Assembly: GCA_963764715.1 (NCBI GenBank)
Contig: CAVXTP010000010.1
Location: forward strand, 64,001 to 128,000
Length of the DNA stretch: 64,000 nucleotides
Reading direction: 5' to 3'
Source: an uncultured Acidobacteriota bacterium
GTDB lineage: Bacteria > Acidobacteriota > Thermoanaerobaculia > UBA5066 > Gp7-AA6
Below are positions 19,653 to 30,719 of this stretch, piece after piece; the first letter of the stretch is position 1; the number at the start of each line of letters is the position of its first letter. The notes beneath the pieces were generated by a model, which saw only the letters and a list, made by a program, of their open reading frames with translations, made no database searches and was not told the DNA's origin. The position numbers and the translations under genes are program-made.

Positions 19653-21090
19653 ATGAAGAAAACCCTGATGACGTGCCTGGCGATCGTCGCCGTGTTCGCG
19701 ATTGCGAGCTCGGCCGTCGCCGTCACGTGCACCTCCGACCAGCGGCCGGCGGCGACGCTGCTCGTCCCGTACTTCCAGGTCAGCATCGGCGAAGATGGCA
19801 ACGTCTTCGGCACGGGCCCCGGCGCCCGCGACACGCTCGTGACGATCATGAACGCCTCCTCGGCGCCCATGATCGCCCACGTCAACGTGTACGACCGGTA
19901 CTCCGTCCTGCAGCTCGACTTCAACGTCGCCCTCACGGGATACGACGTCCAGCCGATGCGCATCTCGGACATCATCTCGGGCTTCCTGCCGAACACGCTG
20001 AACTTCGACGGCGACGACGCCTGTCAGCGCAACGCGAACGCCGATGTGTACCCGAGCTCGAACGGCTTCCTGCGCGTCCGCCCGCTCGCTCCGGCGACCG
20101 GCCAGGACAACACGCAGGCGACCACGGACTACTCGGATCACTACAATCTGGGCGACCTGATCCCGAACCTGCAGTTCAACTGCGGCACCGGGAACCTCGA
20201 TCCGCTGGCGATCGGGTACATCATGATCGACCACGCGAACTACTGCAACCTGTCCGATCCGACCGACCCGAACTACTACTACAACGACGCGATCGGCATG
20301 GAGAACAACCTGTGGGGCGAGATCATCTTCACCTCGGGTGAAGGCCTCCCGACCTACGGCATCTCCACGGTCAACATGGAGACGGACACGACGTTCGGCG
20401 ACGCGGCTTTCCTCAATCCGGACGTCACGGTTCGCACGTTCTACGCCCGTTACTGGAGCCCGTTCATCGACTCGGCGCCGAACAACTGCCCGAACTGCAA
20501 CCAGGTGAACGCGGACAACGACCTTCTCCAGACCTCGCCCTGGAACGTCGGCTTCGGCGACCAGCGTGAGCCGCTCGGCCTGAACTGGGCCGTGCGTTGG
20601 TTCGATCTCGGCCTGACGCTGACGACGAACTTCCAGGTTTGGCGCTCGTCGCCGGCCGCCCCGGCGTCGCTGCTCTCGAGCTGCGACATCGAGGAGCCGA
20701 CGGTCACGCTCGTGTTCTTCGACGAAGACGAGAACACCACGACGCAGGGCACCTGCCCGTCGCCGTGCACCAACCCCACGTTCAACTTCCCCTACGAGAC
20801 GCAGCAGCGCAACGTGGTCGCGTTCTCGCGTCCGGGCGGCGCGGTGGCCGGCTGGGTCGACATGAGCTTCGTGAACAACTCGGAAGGCGACGTGCTCGAC
20901 CAGGCTTGGGCGGCGTACGCGTTCGAGGGCTTCGCGGCGTTCGAGTCGGTTCTCGTCCCGGGTACGCAGCTCGACCCGTCGTCCTGCAACCCGCTCTACA
21001 TCCTCGGCACGGTTCAGACGATTCTGCCGACGATCTCGACCCTCTCGTTCGATCCCGACGGGCATCGGCGTCAACAACCTCGGTTCCTAG
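19653..21090 (+). CDS. secreted acidic Cys-rich protein, S-layer-like (DxxPAATLLxPYF type); probable 3' frameshift
   Basis: GAGGAG SD, Sec signal. The given frame reads through a terminator to 21182; a shifted frame ends PTGIGVNNLGS-TAG(21090) just before the terminator. Confidence 0.75.
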
Positions 21091-21102
21091 TCCGGTTTCC
21101 AC

Positions 21103-21140
21103 GGGTGGGCGGGGCTTCGGCCCCGCCCACTCTTATTTTT
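21103..21140 (+). terminator. intrinsic terminator
   Basis: GGGTGGGCGGGGC-TTCG-GCCCCGCCCACTC followed by TTATTTTT. Confidence 0.85.
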
Positions 21141-21277
21141 GGCCCCGGGTGGTCGCGAAGGTCTGATTTCAGTTTCTCCTAGGTGCCAATGGTCGAAATT
21201 GAGGGGAAGATGAAATCGGATCTGAGGCGTTCTTCAAGTCGGCCCTCGCCGAACCCTTTCCGGAGGATCCTGTGCTC

Positions 21278-24200
21278 ATGAATCGTCCCTCGTCCCGGCC
21301 GGCCCTCGGGGCGGCCGTCCTGCTGTTTTCGATCGCCGCCGCCGCCTTCGCGCAGTCGCCCAACTGCGGCGTGCTCCAGGGCAATCTCTCGACCTCGCTT
21401 CCGGCCGGCGCGGGTACGCTCCCGAGCAGCTCCGCCCTGTCGACCGCCAACGGGGACGACTTCGCCTGGGTCCTGACGCAGTGGGGCTTCGCTCAGGCGC
21501 GGCTGACGACGCCGGAGAACCCCAACCCCTACGGCCAGATCATCATCGGCAAGGAGGGCGGCGCGACCCAGGGCATCATCACGATCCGCTGCGACTGCCA
21601 CCAGGGCTCCAACTCGATGGACGTCGCCGACGACGGCAACGGCAACGCCCGCATGGTTTCGGACTGGCAGCCGTACAACCAGGGCGGCCCTCCGGGCGGC
21701 GCGAAGTTCTCGGGCCTGCCGGCCCAGGCCGCGATGACCACGAACTACGGCGCCCCGGCCTTCGGAAACCAGATCAACCTGCCGGGCGCCGTGGCGCAGG
21801 GTGCGCGGGTCGCCGCGATCTACACGAGCGCGGGCAAGTTCTTCGGCTACTTCCCGGTTGCCAGCAGCAGCGTGTACGTCGCCGACGTCACGGACCTCGA
21901 CGGCAGCCCGTCGCCCGACAATGCCGTGACGCCGAGCCTCGCGATCGGCTGGAGCTCCGGGGTGGGGCCTTCCGACGGCGTGCGCCTGCGGGCCAAGCAC
22001 GTCACGGCCGGCTCCTACGACAAGGACGTGCTCGTCGGCGCGGTCAAGGGCGACTCCTCGATCCACTACGCCGAGATCAACTCCTCGACGGGTGTCGCGA
22101 CGGAGAAGGCGAGCGCGCCGACGACGGGATACCCGATCCAGCTCGAGATCGCCGCCGTGAACGGCAAGATCTTCGTCCTCGCCGCCGAGTCCTCGGACGG
22201 CCTCCAGGTCTACCGGTACGACCCCGCGACGTCGACGCTCACCTCCGTCTTCTCGATCGCCGGCAACATCAAGCAGGTCGAGGTGGCGGGGCCGCAGCCC
22301 TACCCGGCCCTCTTCTTCTACCGCGACGCCGGGTCGGGCAACTCGTTCATCGACATCTACGACACGAAGTGGATGACGGACGGCGGCAACCCCGTTCTCG
22401 TCCGGTCGCTCCCGCACTACGGGGTCGGCGTCAGCTACAAGGGCACGAGCTTCGAGGCGTTCGTCAAGCAGTCGGGCGCGGTCTTCACCGCCTACGTCTA
22501 CCGCGCGCTGACGCCTCCGTCGCCGGGCCTGCCCACGGAGCAGAGCCCCATCCGGACGGACAAGGTCGACATCTCCTGCATCGCGGCCGATCCCACGGCG
22601 CCTCCGACCGCGTCGGCCACGCTGATCAACCTCTCGGCGCAGTCGCGCCCGAGCCCGGAGAACACGAAGAACTACTTCGGCGACAAGTGGGAGATCCTCG
22701 ACACGTCCGCCTCGTCGCAGCCGATCACGAACGTCTCCTGGGACATCAACACCGGGTCGGCCGGGCCGTACGCCGCGGATGGGGCGTGGAGCGGCAATCC
22801 CGCGTCGAACCCGGAGCTCTCCGACATCAACCCGGCCTACTGGCCGTGCGATCCGGCGGTCGGCGGCAACCTCTCGGCGGGCGCCGGCTGCTGGGGCTCG
22901 GTCGGAGGCCCGGCGAGCGGCACGTTCTATCTCGGCCTGAAGACCTCGAACGTCAACGGCCCCAGCCCGAACACGTTCTTCTCGCCGGGGTACGTGGTCC
23001 AGTCGCCGGCGGTCTCGATCGTCGGCTACGACGGCAACGACCTGAAGGTGCTGGCCGGCAACCCGAACAACGGCGACGCGAGCGGATCGCAGGGGAACAC
23101 GGCCGACGCCACGTTCTCGTGGACGTTCACCCCGGGCAACCTGAACCTTCTCGGAACCGTCGTCACGGTCCCGACGACGGCGACGGCGTTCACGCTCATC
23201 GCGACCTACAAGGACGGCTTCGCGGTCACGAAGACGGGGACGGTCTCGCAGGTCGATCTCGTGCCGAACTTCTCGCTCTCGCCGAACCCCGTGCTCAAGA
23301 ACAGCACGTTGACGCTGAAGAACCTGATGCAGAAGGCCTCCGCCGCCACGCTCAACTCCGTCACGTGGGCGATCACGCCCTCCGGCGGCAGCGGCACGCT
23401 GGCCGCGTCCTTCCATCCGCTCAACGGGACCGCGCCGGTCACCGTGCCCTCGACGGTCGGCCCGTACACGGTGACGCTGACCTACAACTTCACGGACCAC
23501 CTGAACGTCGCGCGGACCGCCAGCGCGTCGAAGACCTTCACGGTCACCGACTTCGCGCCGGTGCCGGCCCTCGGCGTCTACAAGGACTCGGGCCACAGCC
23601 AGGGCGTTTTCCCGCTCGGCAACCCGCCGACCTTCAGCCTCACGACGGGCACGACCTATTACCTCTTCGACGACGAGACGCTGCCGAACGGCGTTCCGCA
23701 TCCCGGAGCGCAGTTCCACAGGAGCAACGACTCGAACAACTCGATCTCCGGCGGCGACACGCTTCTCGGAACGACCGCGGGCTACGGCCCGCAGTCCTTC
23801 TCGCCCGCGGCCTGCAGCTCGTCGCAGAGCTGCTATCTCAAGGTCACCGTGCAGGGCACGACGCGTGCGTCGAAGTACACGGCGACGAGCGGCACCGGCG
23901 GGTGCCCGCCCGATTGCCCCGGTGGCGGCACTCCGGCCGTCAACCTGAGCGCCCCGGTTACCGGCGTCGTCGGCGTGGCCGTCGGCTTCTCCGCCACGGC
24001 CACGGACTTCCCGTCGACCCCGACCTTCACCTGGGACTTCGGTGACGCGGGCGGCGGCGGGGGCGGCGGCGGCGGCGGGGGAGGCGGCGGCGGCTGCCCG
24101 CCCATCGTGCCGAACTGCATCGCGGCGCCCGTGGTCCAGCCGGTCACGCAGGCGAGCGGCTCCGCGACGGCGAGCCACGTCTACGCCACGGTCGGAACGT

Positions 24201-26110
24201 ACCTCGTGAAGGTCACGGCGACGTCCGGCTCCACGGTCAAGACCGACTCGCAGTCGATCGTGATCGGCACCGGCGGTCCTCCTCCGCCGTCGAACCTCTT
24301 CACCGTGACCGGAGCGACGTACAACGGGCTCAACAACTCGTGGAACGTCGACGCCGGCCAGACGGTGGCGTTCGCGGCGGCCGAGCCCGACCCGGGCGCG
24401 ACCTTCGCCTGGGACTTCGGCGACAGCGAGACCGCGACCGGGAAGAGCGTGACCCACGTCTTCACGTCGCAGGGCACGCGCACCACCACCCTGACCGTCA
24501 CGGGCAGCGGGACCGCGACCTCCGGCACCTCGGCCGGCACGGCCCGTTTCAACGTGGCCGCGCCGCGGTTCCAGGCCCTCATGATCCCGGGCGCGGGCTC
24601 CATCCTGGCGGACTCCGGCGACTGGGCGACTGACCTCTCGATCACCAATCCCGGCACCTCGCCGACGACGATCACCCTCTACTTCCTGGCGTTCACGGAC
24701 GAGACCCCGTCGGACCTCTCGACGCTGCCCTTCGACTCGCTCAAGAGCTTCCGGCTCGACGGCGGGCAGTCCTGGTCGGGCGTCGACGTGGTCGGCGACC
24801 CCGAGATCCTCAACCGCAGCGGCGCGGGCAAGGGCATCCTGCTCGCCCGCTTCGACGGCGGGAACGAGGTCCCGATCGCGACCGCGCGCGTCTACTTCAC
24901 GTCGCAGGGGTCCTCGTTCGGCACGGCGCTGCCCTCGTTCGTGACCGGTCCCTACGGCCAGACGGCCCAGGCCGCGACGGTCACCGCTCCCGAGACCCTC
25001 GTGGGTCTGCGGAACGACTCCCTGTACCGTTTCAACGTTTCGCTCTTCAACGCCTCGAGCACGGGCGGCATCTTCCAACTCGAAGTCTTCGACGAGGCTG
25101 GCGAGCGTGTGCAGGTTTTTAGCGAGACCGGCGAGCCGGTGGACAGTCGTCAGTTCAACGTCCTGCCGTACAGCCAGGCGGGGGTCAACGACACCGTGCT
25201 CTTCACGCCGGACCCGGCCAAGCGCTACATCATCAAGGCGTCGAGCACGTCGGGCAGCCTCCAGGCCTACGCCTCGGTCCTCGACCGCCGCAACAACGAC
25301 CTCGTCCAGGTCTCGGACGCCACGCCCCGGATCGACGCCGCCGCCGGCGCGCCGGTCAGTTACTACATCTCCGGCGTCGGCCGCATCGAGACTCCCGAGA
25401 CGAACACGCACTGGCGCACGGACCTGAGCTTCTACAACCCGAGCGCGTCTTCGCGGCCCGTGATCCTGGAGTACCACTACATGCCGGCGGGCGAGACGAC
25501 CGAGAAGGTCGTGCTCACGCGGTTCACCATCGAGTCCGGCCAGGTGATTACGGCGGACGATGTCGTCGGCAACGACGCCTTCCTCGACGGCGCAACGTCC
25601 GACGACCTGAAGGTCGGAACGATCCTGGGCCTCCTCAAGGTCTCCTACAACGCGCCGCTCGACGGGGCTCCGCTGATCGTCGGCGGCCGGATCTACGCCG
25701 ATCTTTCGACCGGCACCGCAGGGATGCAGCTTTCGACGTACAGCCAGCCGGAGGAGAGCGTCGGACCGGCGAGCGGCGTGCTCGTGATGCCGGGGGCCCA
25801 GTCCAACCTGCGCTTCCGGACGAACGTGGGCGTCTTCTCGCAGGGCGACCTGCCCACCTCGGTCAAGGTCACGGCGGTTCGTCAGGACGGCTCGGTGGCC
25901 TCGACCTTCGACTACCAGCTCAACAACCCGGGCCACACCGGCGCCTTCGCGCAGATCCCGGTCACGGCGGACACGTTCCCGGGCATCGACGGCAACGCCA
26001 TGACGATCCGCGTCGAGTCGGTGTCGGGCAGCCCGGTCGGCGCCTACATCGTGACGGTCGACCAGATTTCGACGGACACCGTCTTCATCCAGGGCAAGCG
26101 GGTCAACTGA
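21278..26110 (+). CDS. large secreted surface protein: propeller-like N-terminus, Ig/PKD domains, duplicated C-terminal module
   Basis: Signal peptide, S/T/G/P-rich, two FxWDFGD PKD motifs, 15-Gly linker, two homologous ~240-aa C-terminal units. Confidence 0.85.
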   Translation: MNRPSSRPALGAAVLLFSIAAAAFAQSPNCGVLQGNLSTSLPAGAGTLPSSSALSTANGDDFAWVLTQWGFAQARLTTPENPNPYGQIIIGKEGGATQGIITIRCDCHQGSNSMDVADDGNGNARMVSDWQPYNQGGPPGGAKFSGLPAQAAMTTNYGAPAFGNQINLPGAVAQGARVAAIYTSAGKFFGYFPVASSSVYVADVTDLDGSPSPDNAVTPSLAIGWSSGVGPSDGVRLRAKHVTAGSYDKDVLVGAVKGDSSIHYAEINSSTGVATEKASAPTTGYPIQLEIAAVNGKIFVLAAESSDGLQVYRYDPATSTLTSVFSIAGNIKQVEVAGPQPYPALFFYRDAGSGNSFIDIYDTKWMTDGGNPVLVRSLPHYGVGVSYKGTSFEAFVKQSGAVFTAYVYRALTPPSPGLPTEQSPIRTDKVDISCIAADPTAPPTASATLINLSAQSRPSPENTKNYFGDKWEILDTSASSQPITNVSWDINTGSAGPYAADGAWSGNPASNPELSDINPAYWPCDPAVGGNLSAGAGCWGSVGGPASGTFYLGLKTSNVNGPSPNTFFSPGYVVQSPAVSIVGYDGNDLKVLAGNPNNGDASGSQGNTADATFSWTFTPGNLNLLGTVVTVPTTATAFTLIATYKDGFAVTKTGTVSQVDLVPNFSLSPNPVLKNSTLTLKNLMQKASAATLNSVTWAITPSGGSGTLAASFHPLNGTAPVTVPSTVGPYTVTLTYNFTDHLNVARTASASKTFTVTDFAPVPALGVYKDSGHSQGVFPLGNPPTFSLTTGTTYYLFDDETLPNGVPHPGAQFHRSNDSNNSISGGDTLLGTTAGYGPQSFSPAACSSSQSCYLKVTVQGTTRASKYTATSGTGGCPPDCPGGGTPAVNLSAPVTGVVGVAVGFSATATDFPSTPTFTWDFGDAGGGGGGGGGGGGGGGCPPIVPNCIAAPVVQPVTQASGSATASHVYATVGTYLVKVTATSGSTVKTDSQSIVIGTGGPPPPSNLFTVTGATYNGLNNSWNVDAGQTVAFAAAEPDPGATFAWDFGDSETATGKSVTHVFTSQGTRTTTLTVTGSGTATSGTSAGTARFNVAAPRFQALMIPGAGSILADSGDWATDLSITNPGTSPTTITLYFLAFTDETPSDLSTLPFDSLKSFRLDGGQSWSGVDVVGDPEILNRSGAGKGILLARFDGGNEVPIATARVYFTSQGSSFGTALPSFVTGPYGQTAQAATVTAPETLVGLRNDSLYRFNVSLFNASSTGGIFQLEVFDEAGERVQVFSETGEPVDSRQFNVLPYSQAGVNDTVLFTPDPAKRYIIKASSTSGSLQAYASVLDRRNNDLVQVSDATPRIDAAAGAPVSYYISGVGRIETPETNTHWRTDLSFYNPSASSRPVILEYHYMPAGETTEKVVLTRFTIESGQVITADDVVGNDAFLDGATSDDLKVGTILGLLKVSYNAPLDGAPLIVGGRIYADLSTGTAGMQLSTYSQPEESVGPASGVLVMPGAQSNLRFRTNVGVFSQGDLPTSVKVTAVRQDGSVASTFDYQLNNPGHTGAFAQIPVTADTFPGIDGNAMTIRVESVSGSPVGAYIVTVDQISTDTVFIQGKRVN

Positions 26111-26130
26111 GGCCCGTCCCTTGCAACGCC

Positions 26131-26163
26131 GGAAAGGGCCCCTCGCCGGGGCCCTTTTCCTTT
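26131..26163 (+). terminator. intrinsic terminator
   Basis: GAAAGGGCCCC-loop-GGGGCCCTTTTCCTTT. Confidence 0.8.
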
Positions 26164-26242
26164 GACCGGTGGATCGGAAGCCCGCGGGCGAGACGGGACG
26201 GGGCGTTCATCCGTATCGCAGGGCTAGAATGGGCCGGACGAC

Positions 26243-27358
26243 ATGACTGAAAGCGGGCCTTCGCGCGCCCCGCGGGGCGCCGCTCTCCTCGAGCCGGAGA
26301 CGCCTTCGCCGTTCCTGCACGACCGGGGCGAGTCCGTCTACAACCCCGTCACGGGGGCCTCCCTGGCGCGGGACGGCGAGGCCTGGCGGGCGCTCCAGCG
26401 GGTCACGGCGGGGGGCGGGGCGGGCCCCGAGGACCCGGCCGTCCTCGAGCACCTGCGGGCGGCGCGGTTCCTGATCGACGACGTCGCGGCGGAGGCCCGG
26501 CGCACGCACCTGCTCTTCCTCTCGCTCGAGACCTGCACGAGCTGCAACCACCGGTGCCCGTTCTGTCCCGTCTCGGTCGACCCGCGGGAGCGGGAAGTCA
26601 TGAGCCGGGAGCTCTTCGAGTCGATCGTCGACCAGGTCGTCGCGGCCGGGGGCCAGGGCGTCGTCGTCTTTCTCTCCAACTACAACGAGCCGACCGTCGA
26701 CCCGCTCTTCGAGGAGCGCTGCGCGTTCTGTTCGTCGCGGGGGCTCCCGGTCTCGATCCTCACGAACGCCTCCCACTTCACGCCCGACCGCGCGGAGCGG
26801 CTCGAGGCCCTGGGCCGCTTCCGCTACGTCGGGATCAACCTGCCGACGCTCGATCCCGGAGCGCTACCTCACGCTCCACGGGACGAAGGACCTCGACCGC
26901 GTGCTCGCGAACGTCGACGCGATGCGCGCCCGCACGCTCGCCGAGGAGACGGCGATCGTCGTCCTCGGGGACGAGGACGAGCCGCACCGCCGCGACGTCG
27001 CGGCGATCCGGGCCCGCTTCGCGCCGAAGGGCTGGGAGGTCCGGCCGTTCAAGATCCGCAGCCGGCCGGCGAGCGGCACGTTCGTCCCCGAACCGCCGGC
27101 CGAAGAAGCGCCTGCGGGGCTGCGAGCTGATGGGCTCGCGGCCCTTCGAGCACCTGCACGTGACCGCGACGGCGCAAGGCCGTGCTCTGCTGCCAGGACT
27201 ACTACGAGCGCCTGACCGTCGGGGACCTGAAGACCGAGTCGGTCGCGAGCCTGCTCGGCGGCGACACGATGGCGAAGCTGCGCCTCTGGACCTACGGCGT
27301 CGAGGAGGCGCCGGAGGACTTCCTGTGCCGGCGCTGCGAGTTCGCGATCGGGGAGTGA
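26243..27358 (+). CDS. radical SAM enzyme with Twitch/SPASM-type C-terminus (frameshifted in this sequence)
   Basis: CNHRCPFC, YNEP, ILTNAS; later frames give GCELMG...LCCQDY...GDL...LCRRCEF-TGA(27358). Confidence 0.85.
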
Positions 27359-28620
27359 TGGCGGAGCCGATTCGCCGTCCGCGCCGACTCGATCTCGAAG
27401 ACGTACCGCGTCTACGACTCGGCCGCGGAGCGGCTGCGCGAGGTCCTCTTCCGGAGGCGGCGCCACCGCGAGTTCCACGCGCTTTCCGACGTGTCGTTCG
27501 ACCCTGCCGCGGGGCGGGGCGCTCGGCCTGATCGGCGAGAACGGGGCGGGCAAGTCGACGTTCCTGAAGATCGTCGCGGGCACGACCCGCGCGACCTCCG
27601 GCACGATCGAGCGCCACGGCACGGTCGCCTCGATCCTCGAGCTCGGCATGGGCTTCCACCCCGACTTCACCGGCCGCGAGAACGCCCGGATGAACGCCGC
27701 GCTCCTCGGCCTGAACGGCCCCGAGATCCGGCGGCGCCTGCCCGAGATCCGCGACTTCGCCGAGCTCGGCGACTTCTTCGACCGTCCGGTGCGGACCTAT
27801 TCCTCGGGCATGGTCCTGCGCCTCGCCTTCGCCGTCGCGACGCACGCCGACGCCGAGGTCCTGATCGTGGACGAGGCGCTCGCGGTCGGCGACGGCTACT
27901 TCCAGAAGAAGTCGGTCGACCGGATCACCGAGTTTCACCGCCGCGGCGGAACGCTCCTCTTCTGCTCGCACGCGCTGTACTACGTCGCGCTGCTCTGCGA
28001 CCAGGCGATCTGGCTGAAGAACGGCGAGGTCGCCGCGCAGGGCAGCGCGCTGCCGGTCGTGCGCGCGCTACGAGGCCTTCCTGCAGGAGAAGGAGCGGTC
28101 CCTGACCCACGCAGCCCGCGGCGGCCGAGGTCGGCGGCGGCGGCGACCGAGGGACGGCGGCCCGCCCGCCTCACCGAGGTCGTCGTCCACGACGGCTCGG
28201 GCTACGCGCGCACGGAGTTCGCGGCGGGGGAGACGGTGGCCGTCGACGTCGCCTTCGAGACGGCGGACCCGGGCCTCGCCTTCCAGGTGCGGATCGGCGT
28301 CGACCGGGAAGACGGCGTCCAGATCTTCGCGGTCGACACCCGGCACGAGCCCTGGGCGCCGCTGACGGGGCGCTCGACGATACCGCCTGCGCCTCGCGCT
28401 GCCGGAGCTGCCGCTCGCGCAGGGCGAGTTCCGCGTCTACGCCTACCTCGGCGACGAGGGCGCCCTCCACGTTCACGACGTGCGGATCCTGAAGCCCGGC
28501 TTTTCGGTCGCGGCCTCGGAGTACGTCGTCGGCCTCCTGCGGCCGCGGCACGTCTGGATGTTCCCGGAGCGCGGCGCCGCGGAGTCGAGCCCGGCGGACC
28601 GGATCGCCGCCTCGTCTTGA
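27358..28620 (+). CDS. wzt: polysaccharide ABC transporter ATPase with C-terminal carbohydrate-binding domain (frameshifted)
   Basis: GENGAGKST, LELGMGFHPDFTGRENA, YSSGM..RLAF, IVDEALAVGD..FQKK, SH; Wzt_C-like tail. Confidence 0.9.
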
Positions 28621-29712
28621 CGCGCTCGCTCGCGTTTCGATCGGGCCCCCGGGCGCCCGGATTACGGGCGATCGGCTCGGGCGGCTGCGCTGGCGCCGCG
28701 CGGCGGGCGCCGCGGCCTCGATCGAGTGGGGACGCGAGACCGGCGCCTCGAGCCTCTCCGCTGCGCCGGCCTGGGTCCTCGTGCGGCGACGGGACGGCGA
28801 TCCCGGCGGGCGAGGTGCCGGAGCCGCCCCCGGGAGGGCTCGCGGTCGGCCGGCCGGCGAGCGTGGCCGCCGGGGGCCGCCGCGCACACGCTCCGGGAGC
28901 TCGAAGGGACGACGCTCTCGGTGCGCGGATGGCCCGGGGCTCGCCGTCGCGTTCCGCACCGCCGATTTCCCGTCCGCCACCGCGGATGAAACCATCGAAA
29001 TATTATTTAAAAGGTTACTTGGCTCCGACGCCGCCCGGCGGGGCCTCCACTTCCCCCTGATGACCTTTCCGGATCCCTCGGAACGGCGAGCGGCCGGAGA
29101 TCAGCCGCCGCCTTCCCCCCGGCCCGCTCCGGATCCTGGACGCGGGCTGCGGCGCCGGGGGGCTCGGCGCTCGCCCGCGGCCGAAATCCCGCCTGGGAGG
29201 TCGTCGGGATCGAAAGAGACCCCGTCCTGGCGGCCCGGGCCCGCGAGACGCTGCGCCCGGGTCCTCGAAGGCGACCTCGTCGAGGTCCTGCCGCAGGTCG
29301 CAGCCGGCGGGGAGCGGTTCGACGCGGTCGTCTTCGCCGACGTCCTCGAGCACCTCGACGAGCCGGTCGAGGCGCTCGCGCGAGCACGGCGGGTCGTGAA
29401 GCCGGGAGCGGCTCCTCGTCGTCAGCGTCCCCAACGTCGGCCACCTTTCGATCGTGCGCGATCTCCTCCTCGGCCGGTTCGACCCGGTGCCGTCGGGCCT
29501 CTGCGACGCGGGGCACCTGCGCTGGTTCACGCGCGAGTCGCTCCGGGAGGCGATCGGCGAAGCGGGCTGGCGGGCTCGAGACGCTCGAGGGCGAAGCCGG
29601 TGCGCTCCCGCCCGCGCCCGAGGCCTTCTCGCGGCTCGCCGAAGCCTGGCCCGACGCCGACCGGGAGAGCCTCGCGACGTACCAGTGGATCGCGACCGCG
29701 CGCGCCGGATGA
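28617..29712 (+). CDS. class I SAM-dependent methyltransferase with uncharacterised N-terminal region (frameshifted)
   Basis: ILDAGCGAG, FDAVVFADVLEHL, SVPNVGH, HLRWFTRESL pieced across frames; start uncertain. Confidence 0.7.
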
Positions 29713-30719
29713 AAGTCGCGTACCTCCTCGAGTCGACCGAGCTCTCCGGAGGAGTCAAGGTCGTGCTGCATGCAGGCCGAGGCGCTGGCGCGCCGCGGCC
29801 ACCGCGTCACGGTCGTTTCGCCGCAGGCGGCGCCGGCGTGGTTCCGCGCTCTCCCGGGCGCACTTCGAGCGCTCGTCTTTCTCGGACTCTCCGGCGCTCG
29901 CGGCGGCGGACGTGCGCGTCGCGACGTTCTGGAAGACGGCCGCCCCGGCCGTCGACGGCGCGCGCGGCCCGGTCTTCCATCTCTGCCAGGGCTACGAGGG
30001 CCAGTTCTCCTTCTACCGCGACGCGTGGCCCGAGATCGAGGCCGCGTACCGGCTCCCGACGCGCAAGCTCGCGGTCTCGGGCACGCTCGCGGCGCGGCTC
30101 GACGCGCTCGGTTTCGGCCCGGCCGTCGACGTCGGCCAGGCCTTCGACGCGAACGGCTTCGCGCCCGGGCCCGAGCGGCCACCGTCCGATCCGCCCGCCG
30201 TGCTCGTCGTCGGGCCGACCGAGGTGGACCTGAAGGGCGTCGGCGTCGCCCTCGACGGTCTCGCGCTCTGGCGCTCGCGCGGCGGCCGCTTTCGGCTGCG
30301 CCGCGTGTCGTATTTCCCGTGCGAGGAGGACGAGCGGCGGCGCGGGCTCACCGACGAGTACCACCACGGCCTGCCGCCCGACCGCATGCCGTTCGCGTAC
30401 CGCGCCACCGACCTCTTCATCGGGCCGTCGCGCGCCGAGGAGGGCTTCGGCCTGCCCGCGCTCGAGGCCCTCGCGTGCGGCGTGCCGGCTTTGCTGTCGG
30501 ACACGCCGGGCCACCGCGAGATGGCGGGAGAGGCCGCCGCGTACTTCCGCGACGGCGAGCGCGGAGAGCCTCGCCGAGGCTCTGCCGGCGCTGCTCACGG
30601 AGGACGCCCGCCGGCGCGCGCGACTCGCGGGACCGGCGGCCGCCCGGCGCTTCGACGCGGCCCGCGTGGCCGAGCGGCTGGAGGCGGCGTTCCTCGGGGC
30701 GCTGGGGAAGTCGTCGTGA
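29709..30719 (+). CDS. GT4 (GT-B) glycosyltransferase (frameshifted)
   Basis: MKVAYLL..LSGGVKV, VATFW.TA, EGFGLPALEALACG. Confidence 0.85.

Noticed and set aside
21179-25936. Very long antisense/alternate-frame ORFs (also 6862-10359, 41013-45077, 59334-62018)
   Set aside because: Shadow ORFs typical of high-GC DNA; Arg/Gly-rich, motif-free, and overlapping well-supported genes
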